A DNA stretch of 63,944 nt, filler included, from Octopus bimaculoides (lineage: Eukaryota): NCBI RefSeq assembly GCF_001194135.2. It is 6 parts of 6 records of this genome, joined end to end, with 100 filler letters (N's around TTAATTAATTAA, not from the genome) between each part and the next. Parts side by side here need not be neighbours in the genome. Positions count along the whole stretch, not along the records: positions 48,453 to 62,809 come from NC_069007.1; positions 62,910 to 63,944 come from NC_068981.1; 4 more parts are not named here. The stretch is one strand, 5' to 3'. The notes under the pieces were generated by a model. That model was not told the origin of the DNA. It ran no database searches and saw nothing but the letters and a program-made list of their open reading frames with translations. Positions within the stretch are counted from its first letter, which is position 1. Every line of letters starts with the position of its first letter. Positions 51,666-63,494 of this stretch are shown here, piece after piece. The position numbers and the translations under genes were made by a program.

Positions 51666-52070
51666 GATGGCCGTCCACTCGTGACCGAGGAAGACCATTG
51701 CCGACATTCAGGAACATTGTGCGCTCTAGGACTAACTTATATTTTGTATTTTCGGCCCCGTTGGTGGCTAATGAGCCCTGCTCTTGACAAGCATACACAA
51801 CTGCCAACATTGTAGACCAAGCTTTCCCCATTCACTATATGAGCCGTGCGCTTTCGCGCAGCTCGCTTAAGTTCTTCATGCTGGATACGTGCTCTCTCAA
51901 AAGTGTCGATCCCCTCCTTAACCTGCTCTCTCCATCCGTGGCGATGACAGGCATTGTTCTCCCAGTCAGTTTCCTGCATATCACAGGCCTTTAATGAGGA
52001 CTTGACACAGTCCTTAAAGCGCAGCCTTGGTTTCTGCCGGTTCTCTATATAGCATCTGCTTAGGAATCCT
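51666..52070 (-). mobile_element. 3' end of an RTE-clade LINE
   Basis: KPRLRFKDCVKSSLKACDMQETDWENNACHRHGWREQVKEGIDTFERARIQHEELKRAARK...CVCLSRAGLISHQR, followed by a short 3' UTR ending in (TA)n. Confidence 0.8.
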
Positions 52071-52458
52071 GCTATATATATATATATATATATTCACACA
52101 CATTCGTACATCATACATACACGCATCACACATACAAATAAATCGAATCAACAAAAGTTTATGTTGAGTGCTCAAGGTGCTAGAAATCACAGCTAAGTCT
52201 CCCTTAAGTAACACCCTACAGTCTGAAATTAGGAAGGGAACATTAAGAATCGATACCAAAAAAGACAGGAGAGCCGAAGTTGGAACCGATAATCACAAAG
52301 GTCAATTCGGTGCTGTCCAAGAGCTCTGGAAGAACGACCTTAATGGGCGTGGGCCATAGTTGTGTGGTTAAGAAATTCGTTCGGAAACCATGTGGGGTCA
52401 GCTTCGATTCGATTGTGCCAACCTGGGTAAAATGTTTTCTGTCATTGTTTGATTAGTC

Positions 52459-52647
52459 TAATGTTCCGCAACCGGTTTGCCGCGGCACACTTGTGTGCCA
52501 TGAGATGATGCTAGGTGTGCCGCTGTGTAACCTGAGTATAATTTTTTCCCTTATGCTTTTAGTTATATATATTTAGTTCAAGTGTGCCGCCGAATTTTGA
52601 AAAGAATATAAGTGTACCGCAAGTAGAAAAATGTTGCGGGGGCACTG
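52459..52647. mobile_element. hAT-like MITE
   Basis: Ends (TA)ATGTTCCGCAAC / GTTGCGGGGGCACTG; repeated GTGTGCCGC subterminal motifs; 8-bp flanks GATTAGTC / GGTGAGTC match at 6 of 8. Confidence 0.6.
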
Positions 52648-52699
52648 GGTGAGTCGACATCGTTCCGTAAGCCGCCATACTTTCCGGCTGAGACTAATG

Positions 52700-53039
52700 G
52701 GTGCTACTTTGGGGTGTGATCTACAACTTCAAGGGCGATAACTTTAGGTTAGTTTTTAGTTTCTTTACGTGCAAAACTCGCGGTTACCAAACTTGTGTGA
52801 TCTACGCGCTTATTCTAATTATTATATTATATAACACAGACATACAAATGTATACATACATACATACATGCATATATATAGTAAAAATTTTGAAAAAGTA
52901 CATTTACAAAACGCTAAGTATGTACAAAAGAATTTATTCTGAAAAATCTTTAGCCAACGTCTTAAGGGGGTTTTAGAAATTGAAAAGTAACCTCAAATTA
53001 TCTCCCTTTAAGTTGTAGATCACGCGCCAAAGTAGCACC
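52700..53039. mobile_element. MITE with 52-bp TIRs, superfamily unassigned
   Basis: 52700-52751 and 52988-53039 are inverted repeats with 6 mismatches in 52 nt by manual alignment. Confidence 0.8.
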
Positions 53040-53504
53040 GTTCTATGTCTACCGCTAGGTCTCCTGTCAGTTGGCTCTGCTTGAAGAATCCGTCTTGCGA
53101 TTGTTTCCTGCTGTTTATGATTTTAGAAGTCTAAGGTATTAGTCTCCCAGACTTGTGTTTTCGGTGACATCTGATGGTACGGCACTTTATATTACAATCC
53201 AATGTATTACATGTTGTTCGAAATTAACGAATAAACGAAGACATTATTAGCTGCTCGTGCTAACGATTCATCAGATCACGTGCGCACGATTTCAGCTTTC
53301 CCCCACCCCTCGAATTCTAACATTCATTTTTTTTTTTTTTTTTTACGTTTCTGAACTCTTGTCATAGCAGCATCAAATATTAATTTTAGAAAGTAAAATT
53401 AAATTAAATTCTAACAAAAACCGGAAATGAACGAAACATTTAAGATTAATGGACTGAATAATATGGCCTTGTCGATAAGAGTGATAAAGATTTTTCATCG
53501 TATA

Positions 53505-53554
53505 CGGCGGGCCAAAAGACCCGCATCAGGACATTTGACATTTATTTATATCAC

Positions 53555-53623
<69 letters not shown>

Positions 53624-53759
53624 TTGCCATCATGTACAAGTGCGGGTGTATTTATCATGATTTTATTTATTTTATTCAATTTTAGAAAAACTGAAGCATG
53701 TCTTTGACAATTCCGGAGCGCATTGAACTTATTTTGTGCGTGACTTTTGGCCCACCCTG
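53505..53759. mobile_element. Tc1-like MITE
   Basis: Right TIR GTGACTTTTGGCCCACCCTG followed by TA; degenerate left TIR TA-CGGCGGGCCAAAAGAC; internal (ATT)n. Confidence 0.6.
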
Positions 53760-54144
53760 TATATTGTGATGGTGCGAAAAACGAATTCGTTGTGACAACA
53801 ATTTGGAATGTCGACAGGACATTTTGAAACTAAACACCAGTCGCTGCTAGAAGAAAAAAATATGGAAGACAACCGACAACGAGAAATATAGATTTCAACA
53901 ACCAGAAATGCAATGTCTCCCAAACAGAGAAATCATTTAACATCTTGCTTACCAAATCCATTTTGGACCACATATTCTTTCGTACTTATGGTCTAATTTT
54001 CCTATAAATTATGCATCGTTTTTTAAGCATATCTATGTTTCTAGCTCACACTAAAAACTACCACTGGTGTCGTTCTACAACACATCAAATATTAAAGTCA
54101 TTTTGTAGTGCGTGAGTCACCAGTGATACTGGTGATATCCTTCA

Positions 54145-54365
54145 TCTTATACTTGTTTCAGTCATTAGACTGCGGCCGTGCTGGAGCACTGCCTTAAAGA
54201 ATTTTTAGTCGAGCGAATCGACCCCGGTACTTAATTTTTGCTAAGCCCAGTAAGTTATTCTATCATTGTCTAATTGCCGAACTGCTAAGTTACGGGGGCT
54301 ACACCAAGTGAGTTACGGGGACACACCGACACAGGTTGTCAAGTGGCAGTAAGTGACAAACACAC
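54145..54365 (-). mobile_element. SINE family C, 3' part
   Basis: TACTTGTTTCAGTCATTAGACTGCGGCCGTGCTGGAGCAC...GTCGAGCGAATCGACCCC. Confidence 0.85.
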
Positions 54366-55316
54366 ACACACACACACACACATGAATGAGCGCACACACA
54401 CACATACATACACACATATATGTATCAAAAAGATGTGTTATAATACTATTCCACATATTCCAAAAACAGCCATACCAACAATCCAACATACTTTATCCTC
54501 AGCTGCCCCACAGATATCGACAACTGGGCAGATGTCAACACCATTCAATCCGACGGTGTCAACAAACAAACCAAAGAAACCACAACTTTCAAACACATTT
54601 ACCCTATGTACAACCATATCGGTAAATAAATTCAGTAAGCAAATTACAACCAACTCCAAAATACGTAACTAAACAGCGACCAATCCATTACGTCATACAA
54701 AAATTATAATCCCTACTGTCTTCCATATATATATANNNNNNNNNNNNNNNNNNNNNNNNNNNNNNNNNNNNNNNNNNNNNNNNNNNNNNNNNNNNNNNNN
54801 NNNNNNNNNNNNNNNNNNNNNNNNNNNNNNNNNNNNNNNNNNNNNNNNNNNNNNNNNNNNNNNNNNNNNNNNNNNNNNNNNNNNNNNNNNNNNNNNNNNN
54901 NNNNNNNNNNNNNNNNNNNNNNNNNNNNNNNNNNNNNNNNNNNNNNNNNNNNNNNNNNNNNNNNNNNNNNNNNNNNNNNNNNNNNNNNNNNNNNNNNNNN
55001 NNNNNNNNNNNNNNNNNNNNNNNNNNNNNNNNNNNNNNNNNNNNNNNNNNNNNNNNNNNNNNNNNNNNNNNNNNNNNNNNNNNNNNNNNNNNNNNNNNNN
55101 NNNNNNNNNNNNNNNNNNNNNNNNNNNNNNNNNNNNNNNNNNNNNNNNNNNNNNNNNNNNNNNNNNNNNNNNNNNNNNNNNNNNNNNNNNNNNNNNNNNN
55201 NNNNNNNNNNNNNNNNNNNNNNNNNNNNNNNNNNNNNNNNNNNNNNNNNNNNNNNNNNNNNNNNNNNNNNNNNNNNNNNNNNNNNNNNNNNNNNNNNNNN
55301 NNNNNNNNNNNNNNNN

Positions 55317-55640
55317 TTCGGGGTCGATAAAATAAGTTCCAGTTGAGCACTGGGGTCGATGTAATTGATTTATCCATTCCCTCGAAATTACTGGTCTTGT
55401 GCTAAAGTTTGAAACTAATATACCCTTAGCTAAGGGTGGCGAGCTGACAGAATCGTTGCAACGTCGGGCGAAATGCTCAGCGGCGTTTCGCCCACGTTTA
55501 CGTTCTGAGTTCAAATTCCATTGACGTCAGCTTGGCCTTTCATTCTTTCGGGGTCGATAAAATAAGTACCAGTTGCGCACTGGGGTCGATGTAATCGATT
55601 TATCGCCTTGGTATTGTGCCAAAATTTCGAACCAATATAG
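55317..55640 (+). mobile_element. Two tandem SINE family A copies
   Basis: Two successive TTCGGGGTCGATAAAATAAGT.CCAGTTG.GCACTGGGGTCGATGTAAT bodies, each with an ...TTTGAAAC/TTTCGAACC tail. Confidence 0.85.
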
Positions 55641-55734
55641 ATTTGGCCATCCTGGAAAATGATTGGATAATGATGAATTTTATTAAAGTTCTTACCAAAA
55701 TGTGACTCCGCTTATATTTCCAAATTTTTTATCG

Positions 55735-56045
55735 TTTTCTTTTGCCTGTTTCAGTCATTGGACAGCAGCCATACTGTATCACCTCCTTAAATGGATTTAG
55801 TCGAATAAATCAAACCTACTACTTACGTATGGTGCTTATTCTATCAGTCACTTTTGCTGAACACCTCTAGTTTACGGGGACGTAAACAAAACAACACCGG
55901 TTCCGTTGTCAGGTGGCGGTAGTAGGGGACAAACTCAGACAGAAAGGCAAATACAGTCAATGGGCGTGGACCACAGCCGTGTGGTTAAGAAGTTCCCTTT
56001 GCAACTACATGGGTTTAAGTTCGATATTACTGTGCCTACCTTGAG
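55735..56045. mobile_element. SINE family C: 3' part on the minus strand abutting a head on the plus strand
   Basis: Tail segment 55735-55945 and head GGGCGTGGACCACAGCCGTGTGGTTAAGAAG from about 55962. Confidence 0.7.
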
Positions 56046-56189
56046 TATGTGTGTATAAGTGTGTGTGTGTCTTTGTGTGTATGTATGTATGTATGTATGT
56101 ATGTATGCATTTATGTGTGTGTGTGTGTGCGTGTATGTGTCTTGGATATGACATCTAAATGCATCTTTGATGAGGTTCAAGTTTGGCAG

Positions 56190-56295
56190 TTCTGGAGTTG
56201 TTTGGAGCGTGGAGTGACCCCTTAATTTCCATTACTCCCAGGTTTGTTCTGACCCTGAATAGTAGTACGTATCAGGGTCCCATCTACGGGTTATA
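56190..56295 (+). repeat. Dispersed repeat fragment, probably a LINE 3' tail; second copy at 59700-60010
   Basis: Shared ATTA(C/T)TCCCAGGT..TCTGACCC...TCAGGGTCCCA. The class assignment is a guess. Confidence 0.5.
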
Positions 56296-57838
56296 CAAAT
56301 TTCCCAGCGGTACAAGAGGCTCCGATTGGGAAGGCAGCTCTTCTAAGAGAAAAACACTTTGGCATAAAAAGTAACAGCCTCGTTTACAATGCTTGTCGCT
56401 GGTCGGGGGGGGGGGCAAAAGTGTTGCACAAGCTTTTGTCATTTAAATCCAATGACACACAGACGTCTCACTGTCATTTCCATTTTTGATCCGTTTTGTA
56501 GAGAGAAAAGTCATACATGCGCATGTGCAAGGATGAAAGTGAATCAGAAACAATCAGGCTGAATGTGAATCGACTATGAGGTAACAAGATGAGTCAATCA
56601 TATATAAATACATATAATGAGGGTTCATCAACTGACGTAACGTAATAGGTGTGTAGGATGACTAGTCCTCTCGGTTTTTACCATTAAAACTCCGGCTTCA
56701 AAGTGTGATACTGATATTGCCTGTCAAACGCGGTTATAAGTGGGNNNNNNNNNNNNNNNNNNNNNNNNNNNNNNNNNNNNNNNNNNNNNNNNNNNNNNNN
56801 NNNNNNNNNNNNNNNNNNNNNNNNNNNNNNNNNNNNNNNNNNNNNNNNNNNNNNNNNNNNNNNNNNNNNNNNNNNNNNNNNNNNNNNNNNNNNNNNNNNN
56901 NNNNNNNNNNNNNNNNNNNNNNNNNNNNNNNNNNNNNNNNNNNNNNNNNNNNNNNNNNNNNNNNNNNNNNNNNNNNNNNNNNNNNNNNNNNNNNNNNNNN
57001 NNNNNNNNNNNNNNNNNNNNNNNNNNNNNNNNNNNNNNNNNNNNNNNNNNNNNNNNNNNNNNNNNNNNNNNNNNNNNNNNNNNNNNNNNNNNNNNNNNNN
57101 NNNNNNNNNNNNNNNNNNNNNNNNNNNNNNNNNNNNNNNNNNNNNNNNNNNNNNNNNNNNNNNNNNNNNNNNNNNNNNNNNNNNNNNNNNNNNNNNNNNN
57201 NNNNNNNNNNNNNNNNNNNNNNNNNNNNNNNNNNNNNNNNNNNNNNNNNNNNNNNNNNNNNNNNNNNNNNNNNNNNNNNNNNNNNNNNNNNNNNNNNNNN
57301 NNNNNNNNNNNNNNNNNNNNNNNNNNNNNNNNNNNNNNNNNNNNNNNNNNNNNNNNNNNNNNNNNNNNNNNNNNNNNNNNNNNNNNNNNNNNNNNNNNNN
57401 NNNNNNNNNNNNNNNNNNNNNNNNNNNNNNNNNNNNNNNNNNNNNNNNNNNNNNNNNNNNNNNNNNNNNNNNNNNNNNNNNNNNNNNNNNNNNNNTATAT
57501 ATGTATATATATATAGAGAGAGCGGCGTACGTATACTTTGTCTCTTATATGTAAGTATACATTTTTCTAAATCTTGTACGACTCTATTTCTGTCTATCAG
57601 CCCTTTCACCTTTATTCATTCATTCCACTCTTCGTTCTTTCGTTCTCCCTCTCTCACATTTCCTTGCCTTCTCTTCTTGCTCACTTTCCCTCCACTTTTC
57701 ACTTCACTGTGTCTCTGTCATTTTTTCTCGCCCCTCCTTAATTCTTTTGTCCCTCTGCCTCTACCTCTCTCTCTCTCTTCTCTTCCCACGTGACCGGCGT
57801 TCGGCCAAGACTGATCTTTCTTTCTTGGCCGGCTGTTG

Positions 57839-57880
<42 letters not shown>

Positions 57881-57881
<1 letters not shown>

Positions 57882-58808
57882 TGGGTCTTCTCATGGATAA
57901 TGCGGTTTTTTATACTTGTTTAATTTTTCAAATTTAAAGACAAACGAAGTTCTTTTTTAATCTAAAATATACTCTCCTTCATTTTCTGCAATGCTGTTCT
58001 GTCTATCTGGTAGACTAGCAAGGCCCCTCTTCAAAATTTCACTTGTCCGTGATGAAAAATACTCCCCCAGGACTGTTCTGACCTCGTGTACAGAATTCAT
58101 ATTTTTTCCCCATCCAAATGATTTTGAAGACTGCGGAATAAATGATAATGAGATGGCGAAATGTCCGGCGAATATGGTAGGTGGGGCATTGTTTCCCATT
58201 CAAACTGCTCCAGCCTTAGGAATGTCATCCTCATTGTGTGTGGCCAAACATTATCCTGATGCAAGAACACCTTTCGTCTTGAAGCCAAAGATGGTCATTT
58301 TCCGATGGCATGCAGGTGTCGATGAATGGTTGAATGACCAAATCCAAGCTTCTCTACTAGTTCCTCAACAGTTACGATGGGATTTTGTTCCACCAGGGTT
58401 TGCATGACGTCCTCGTTGAGCTCTTACAGATCTTCCAGGACAAAGCTCGTTTTCTAGGCTGTAGATTCCAGCTCAGAATTTCTAGAACCAACGATGACAC
58501 TGGCTTACACTTGTTGTCTGATCCCCATATACTGTATTAATATTCCCCACACTTTCCATTGCGTTGTTGCCTTTATTGAACTCATAAAGCAAAATATGCC
58601 AAATATGCTCCTCTGTCACTTCCATTATAACTTTGAAAAAATAACTTTTAAAATCGAACTGCACTCTTCAAAACTTGCACTAAGAATAAGCACAAGGTAA
58701 AATTACAGCCTGCTTTTATAGCAAGTTGATGCAGGTAGTTTAACCCGTCCCCTTCCGACTATTGGTTCATGCAATTGAAAAAACCGCATTATTTATGGGA
58801 CGACCCAA
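57881..58808 (-). mobile_element. Mariner family 1, complete ends, internally deleted
   Basis: TA-TTGGGTCTTCTCATGGATAATGCGGTTTTT ... AAAAACCGCATTATTTATGGGACGACCCAA-TA; MEVTEEHIWHILLYEFNKG; LHQDNVWPH; HLPYSPDISPS. Confidence 0.95.
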
Positions 58809-58814
58809 TACATT

Positions 58815-58935
58815 TATATGACGGGCTTCCACGCAGTATCCGTCTACCAAGACACTTACTCAAGATACTGCGTTATAGAACTGACATCCGAAACCATGCA
58901 GTCGCCAAGCGAGCTTCTTAACTCCACGGCCACGC
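58815..58935 (-). mobile_element. SINE family C, head, diverged
   Basis: ATATGACGGGCTTCC...CGTCTACCAA...GAAACCATG...GAGCTTCTTAACTCCACGGCCACGCCT. Confidence 0.7.
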
Positions 58936-59759
58936 CTTCTGGGACCTGACTTTGTTTAATTTCTTGGAAATATTCTCCAACCACCACCTACCACTGTCTT
59001 AAAGCTGCTAGTTTTAGCATTTAACATACACTTGATCATCTCAAAAAAAAAACGATTGAGTAATGGTACGTTTTATATTTATTAAAGGCGCTTTTGTTTA
59101 AATCTGACCCACTTCTGTTTGAGAACTTCCATAACAAGTACGGCATTGAAAAGTGTGTGAAAGAGTTTGCAATAATCGGAGATATAACAGAAAAAGTGTC
59201 AAGGACAGAGGAGTGGAAATAAATGGTTCTATGGAGAAATCAAATCGCAGACACTCTTTAAATACTTGTATTGGCACAAGTTTGGGGGAATGGGGGGGGG
59301 AAATCGACCCCAAGTGCTCAACTGCTACTTACATTATCAACCCCGAAAAGATGAAAAACAAAGTAGACCTCACCGTAGTACATGCATGCATACATACAGC
59401 CATGCATACATACATACATGCATGCATGCATATATACATACATGCATGCATACATACGTGTGTGTGTGTGCGTGTGTGTGTTCGTGTGTGCGCGCGTGTG
59501 TATATGTGTACGTGTACGCGCGCGTGTGTGTGTGAGTGTGTGTGCATATGTGTGCGAGTGTGTGTCTGTGTATGCATGCGTGTGTGTGTGCGTGTTTGTG
59601 TGTGCGTGCGTGTGTGTGCGTATGTATGTGTGGTTGTGAAACAATATTTTGTCCTGGAAGTAACTAAACTGTATCCGGTCGCGGGCCTCTGGTTAGGGGG
59701 CTCCAGGGTCTTGAGGAATGTGGAAGCCCCTCTTATCCACCATTATTCCCGGGTCTAAA

Positions 59760-59967
59760 GGCGGCGAGCTGGCAGAATCGTTAGCATGCTGAGCAAAATG
59801 CTTAGCGGCATTTTGCCCGTGGCTTCATTCGGAGTTCAAATGCCGACTTTGCCTTTCACCCTTTCGGGGTCGATAAATTAAATACCAGTGAAACACTGGA
59901 GTCGATGTAATCGACTATCCCCCTCCCCAAGATTTCAAGCTTTGTGTCTATAGTAGAAAGGATTATT
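59760..59967 (+). mobile_element. SINE family A, full length, with a target-site duplication of about 16 bp
   Basis: Flanked by ATTATTCCCGGGTCTA (59742-59757) and ATTATTCCCAGGTCTA (59962-59977). Confidence 0.9.
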
Positions 59968-60693
59968 CCCAGGTCTACTCTGACCCGGTCAGGGTCCCAG
60001 CTGTGGGTTACTTAGCATATTAGGGCTTGCCTACCCATGCATGTGAAGGCTGGATACGGTAGACTCGTTGGAAGAAACCTTCGTGATTCAGCGGAGGGGA
60101 AGGCAGCTGCAGCCATGCCTTCCGGAGAGCAGAGAGCACGATGAGGCGAGTAAGGCATCTCGGTCGTCCACTGCATCCGTCTNNNNNNNNNNNNNNNNNN
60201 NNNNNNNNNNNNNNNNNNNNNNNNNNNNNNNNNNNNNNNNNNNNNNNNNNNNNNNNNNNNNNNNNNNNNNNNNNNNNNNNNNNNNNNNNNNNNNNNNNNN
60301 NNNNNNNNNNNNNNNNNNNNNNNNNNNNNNNNNNNNNNNNNNNNNNNNNNNNNNNNNNNNNNNNNNNNNNNNNNNNNNNNNNNNNNNNNNNNNNNNNNNN
60401 NNNNNNNNNNNNNNNNNNNNNNNNNNNNNNNNNNNNNNNNNNNNNNNNNNNNNNNNNNNNNNNNNNNNNNNNNNNNNNNNNNNNNNNNNNNNNNNNNNNN
60501 NNNNNNNNNNNNNNNNNNNNNNNNNNNNNNNNNNNNNNNNNNNNNNNNNNNNNNNNNNNNNNNNNNNNNNNNNNNNNNNNNNNNNNNNNNNNNNNNNNNN
60601 NNNNNNNNNNNNNNNNNNNNNNNNNNNNNNNNNNNNNNNNNGTTTTTCTATTTTTAACAGCGATTCATCTAGTTAAACAGACGTATTAAAATA

Positions 60694-61924
60694 TTGGGTT
60701 GTTTCACGTGAAATGTCACATTTTTAATTACTTGTTATTTCAGTCATTTAAAAACTCAATTAATGTACACCTTGCATTTAATCTTGACTCTTTTTCTTTC
60801 TCAACAATATTGGTTTACAAAATTCGTACCCACAGACTTTATGAAAATGATAACGACCAAACTATGTTGAGTTATTTTCTCGTATGAGTACAAACTGGGT
60901 CACTCTGCCGCAGAAGCTCTACGGAATATCAAGCGGGCCTTTGGTAACGGTTTTGTTGGCCTCAGAACTGTTGGTTCCAAAGCTCTCGTTCAGGAGATGA
61001 TAGCCTTGAAAATAAACCAAAGGGTAGGCCAAAATCAGTTATTCGGCATGATGGATTAAATGCTTTGGTTGAACAAAATCCGAGAACTTCATCAGAACTC
61101 CAAACAACTCGCACAACTGTTTTTGGACACCTGTAAAAAATTGGGAAAGACAAGAAAACAGATGGGTTTGTTCCACATCAACTGAACGAGATTAAAAAAA
61201 AAAAACAGACGCTTCAAAGTGTGCTCCTTATTGCTTTCCCGACTGGAAAAAAACCCCATTTTTGCATCAAATCATTACTTGTGACGAGAAATGGATACTC
61301 TTTGATAACAGCAGAAGAACAGGAGAGTAATTAGATGCAGGAGAGTCACCTAAACACTACCCAAACCCACCATTGCACCCTAAGAAGTTAGTGGTCACTT
61401 TATGGTGGTCTGCGAAGGGAGTTATTCCTTATTCATTTCTGCAACAAGGGAAAACGGTAACAGCTACATCATATTGCCAGGAAATTGATTGTATGCATGA
61501 GAATTTGAAAAAGAAGCAACCCAGACTGGTGAATAGAGATGGCCCAATTTTGCTCTACGACAATGCACGTTCTCACACTCCTCAAGCCACGGTCCAAAAG
61601 TTGCAAAGCCTGAATTATGAGATATTGCAACATCCACTCTATTGCCCTGAGATCTCTTCTACTGTTCATCACTTATTTGAGCATTTTGAGCTTTTCATAA
61701 GCAATAAAACATTCTTAAATAGAGAAGAGGTAATTGAAGCATTCGGAGAGTTTATCACAGCTGAAATTTTTTTTAAAGATGGAATATATGACATAGAGAA
61801 ACGTTGTGTAAAGATCATTAATCAACCACGGATCATACTTTGGTTAAATAAATCAGTTTTCTAACACTTATAAAAGATTTTATTGTCACCTTTCAAATAC
61901 GACATTTCATGTGAAACAATCTAA
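60694..61924 (+). mobile_element. Mariner (DD34D-type) family 2, near full length, decayed
   Basis: TA-TTGGGTTGTTTCACGTGAAATGTC ... GACATTTCATGTGAAACAATCTAA-TA; YEYKLGHSAAEA; IITCDEKWILFDN; HPKKLVVTLWWSAKG..LLYDNARSH..HPLYCPEISST. Multiple stops and frameshifts. Confidence 0.95.
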
Positions 61925-61977
61925 TATTTAAAATATATATTTTACCATTAACTAGAGAACTGTAAAATAATTCTTTC

Positions 61978-62178
61978 TACAAGCACAAGGCCTGAAATGA
62001 AGGGGAGAGGTTAGACGATTACATTGAACCTAGTGTTCAACTGGTACTTGTTTTATCAACCTCAAAATGACGAAAGGCAAAGTCGACCTCGGCGAAATTT
62101 GAACTCAGAGCGTAAATCTGGAAGAAAGGCCGCTAGGCATTTTGATCAGCGTGGTAACGACTCTGCCGGTTCGCTTCC
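61978..62178 (-). mobile_element. SINE family A, full length
   Basis: CAACTGGTACTTG...GGCAAAGTCGACCTCGGCGAAATTTGAACTCAGAGCG...CTGCCGGTTCGC. Confidence 0.85.
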
Positions 62179-62490
62179 TTGATATACGTGAAGTAATGAA
62201 GCCATACAGAGCGGTTTTTTAATAAATATATTTCACTACTTTCCTGAATAAATTTCTTGTGCAGCTGATATTCCGGCGCAAAACGTCTTAGTGATAACAT
62301 TAAAAAACCTTGGACTTCGGGTAATTTTAAAGCTACGCTCTTTTGTATATAGCTGTCCACGCACCATCTTAGCCATCTTCGTTTGACACACTTTCGTGAG
62401 AAGAAAATTCCTAAACAGGGTTTTCTTAGAAATACAGAGTTGATAGCATAATGTCATTTTCCTCTGTGGTATACTCACACACACATACGC

Positions 62491-62522
<32 letters not shown>

Positions 62523-62752
62523 CACATATGCATACATATACATATACATATATCTATACGCATGCACAACGTTATAATGCAATTTGAATAGACGGTAAAC
62601 AATTGGCGATATCAGAACTCAATATAGTTTTCTGCATCAAACGGCTAAATTCGTTTGTTTTAGTCGATAACCACGAATACGTATTATGCGTATATTTATA
62701 TATATGAATGTGGGTGTATGTGTAAAGGTACATAAGGGTTTGTGAGAGAATC

Positions 62753-62809
<57 letters not shown>

Positions 62810-62909
62810 NNNNNNNNNNNNNNNNNNNNNNNNNNNNNNNNNNNNNNNNNNNNTTAATTAATTAANNNNNNNNNNNNNNNNNNNNNNNNNNNNNNNNNNN
62901 NNNNNNNNN

Positions 62910-62983
<74 letters not shown>

Positions 62984-63494
62984 ACAAACACAAACATATG
63001 TATATATATATATGTATATACATATCCCTTTTCTACTACTAAAGCAACTGTAAGATGGCAGGACCAAAAGTCTACAATCAAATAAAAAATTCCCACGTAT
63101 GGCGGAAGAGGTTACACACCAAACTGATGGGCAAGGTGCCTTGGCGAGATGAAATATATTGGAAATTGATCCCTAGTCATCTCGACGCGATAAGCAATAT
63201 GGAAATATGTCCAGAGATCCCACATTCGCACCCATATAAAACATGGAGGGTTTTTTATGTAGTTTGTAGAGAAAACGGTAAATGTGTCTACACGAAGAAC
63301 TATTAAACAAGGCATATAAGTACTAGAGGGAAGGAGAAAATGAAACAAATAACACAAGATCCTTCAAAAACTCCCACAACGGAAACCTAAATACGTAAGA
63401 GACTTTCTCTCTTCGTATCATTAAATCTTTTTCCCTCTTCGTCTCACCCCCACTGTTAATAGCAAAGAAAATAGTAAATATCTGTCATACTTAC

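Noticed and set aside
52257-52325. 69-nt phase 1-1 exon LLDSTELTFVIIGSNFGSPVFF
   Set aside because: Phase fits the 48-50 kb exons, but the donor (gtatcg) is weak and the acceptor abuts a SINE head. It is kept only as a junction to test.
53790-53900. hAT/Charlie transposase relic (GHFETKHQSLL)
   Set aside because: Only one short motif matches and the flanks do not extend the similarity.
54430-54690. 109-aa ORF or Penelope relic in AC-rich sequence
   Set aside because: Composition-biased with no diagnostic motif.
59090-59225. Plus-strand frame LFKSDPLLFENFHNKYGIEKCVKEF…
   Set aside because: About 50 open codons are expected by chance, and there is no supporting exon context.
61373-61864. 163-aa ORF as an active or domesticated transposase
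   Set aside because: It is only the C-terminal part. The N-terminal half has stops and frameshifts, and the YSPDLAPSD motif is degraded.
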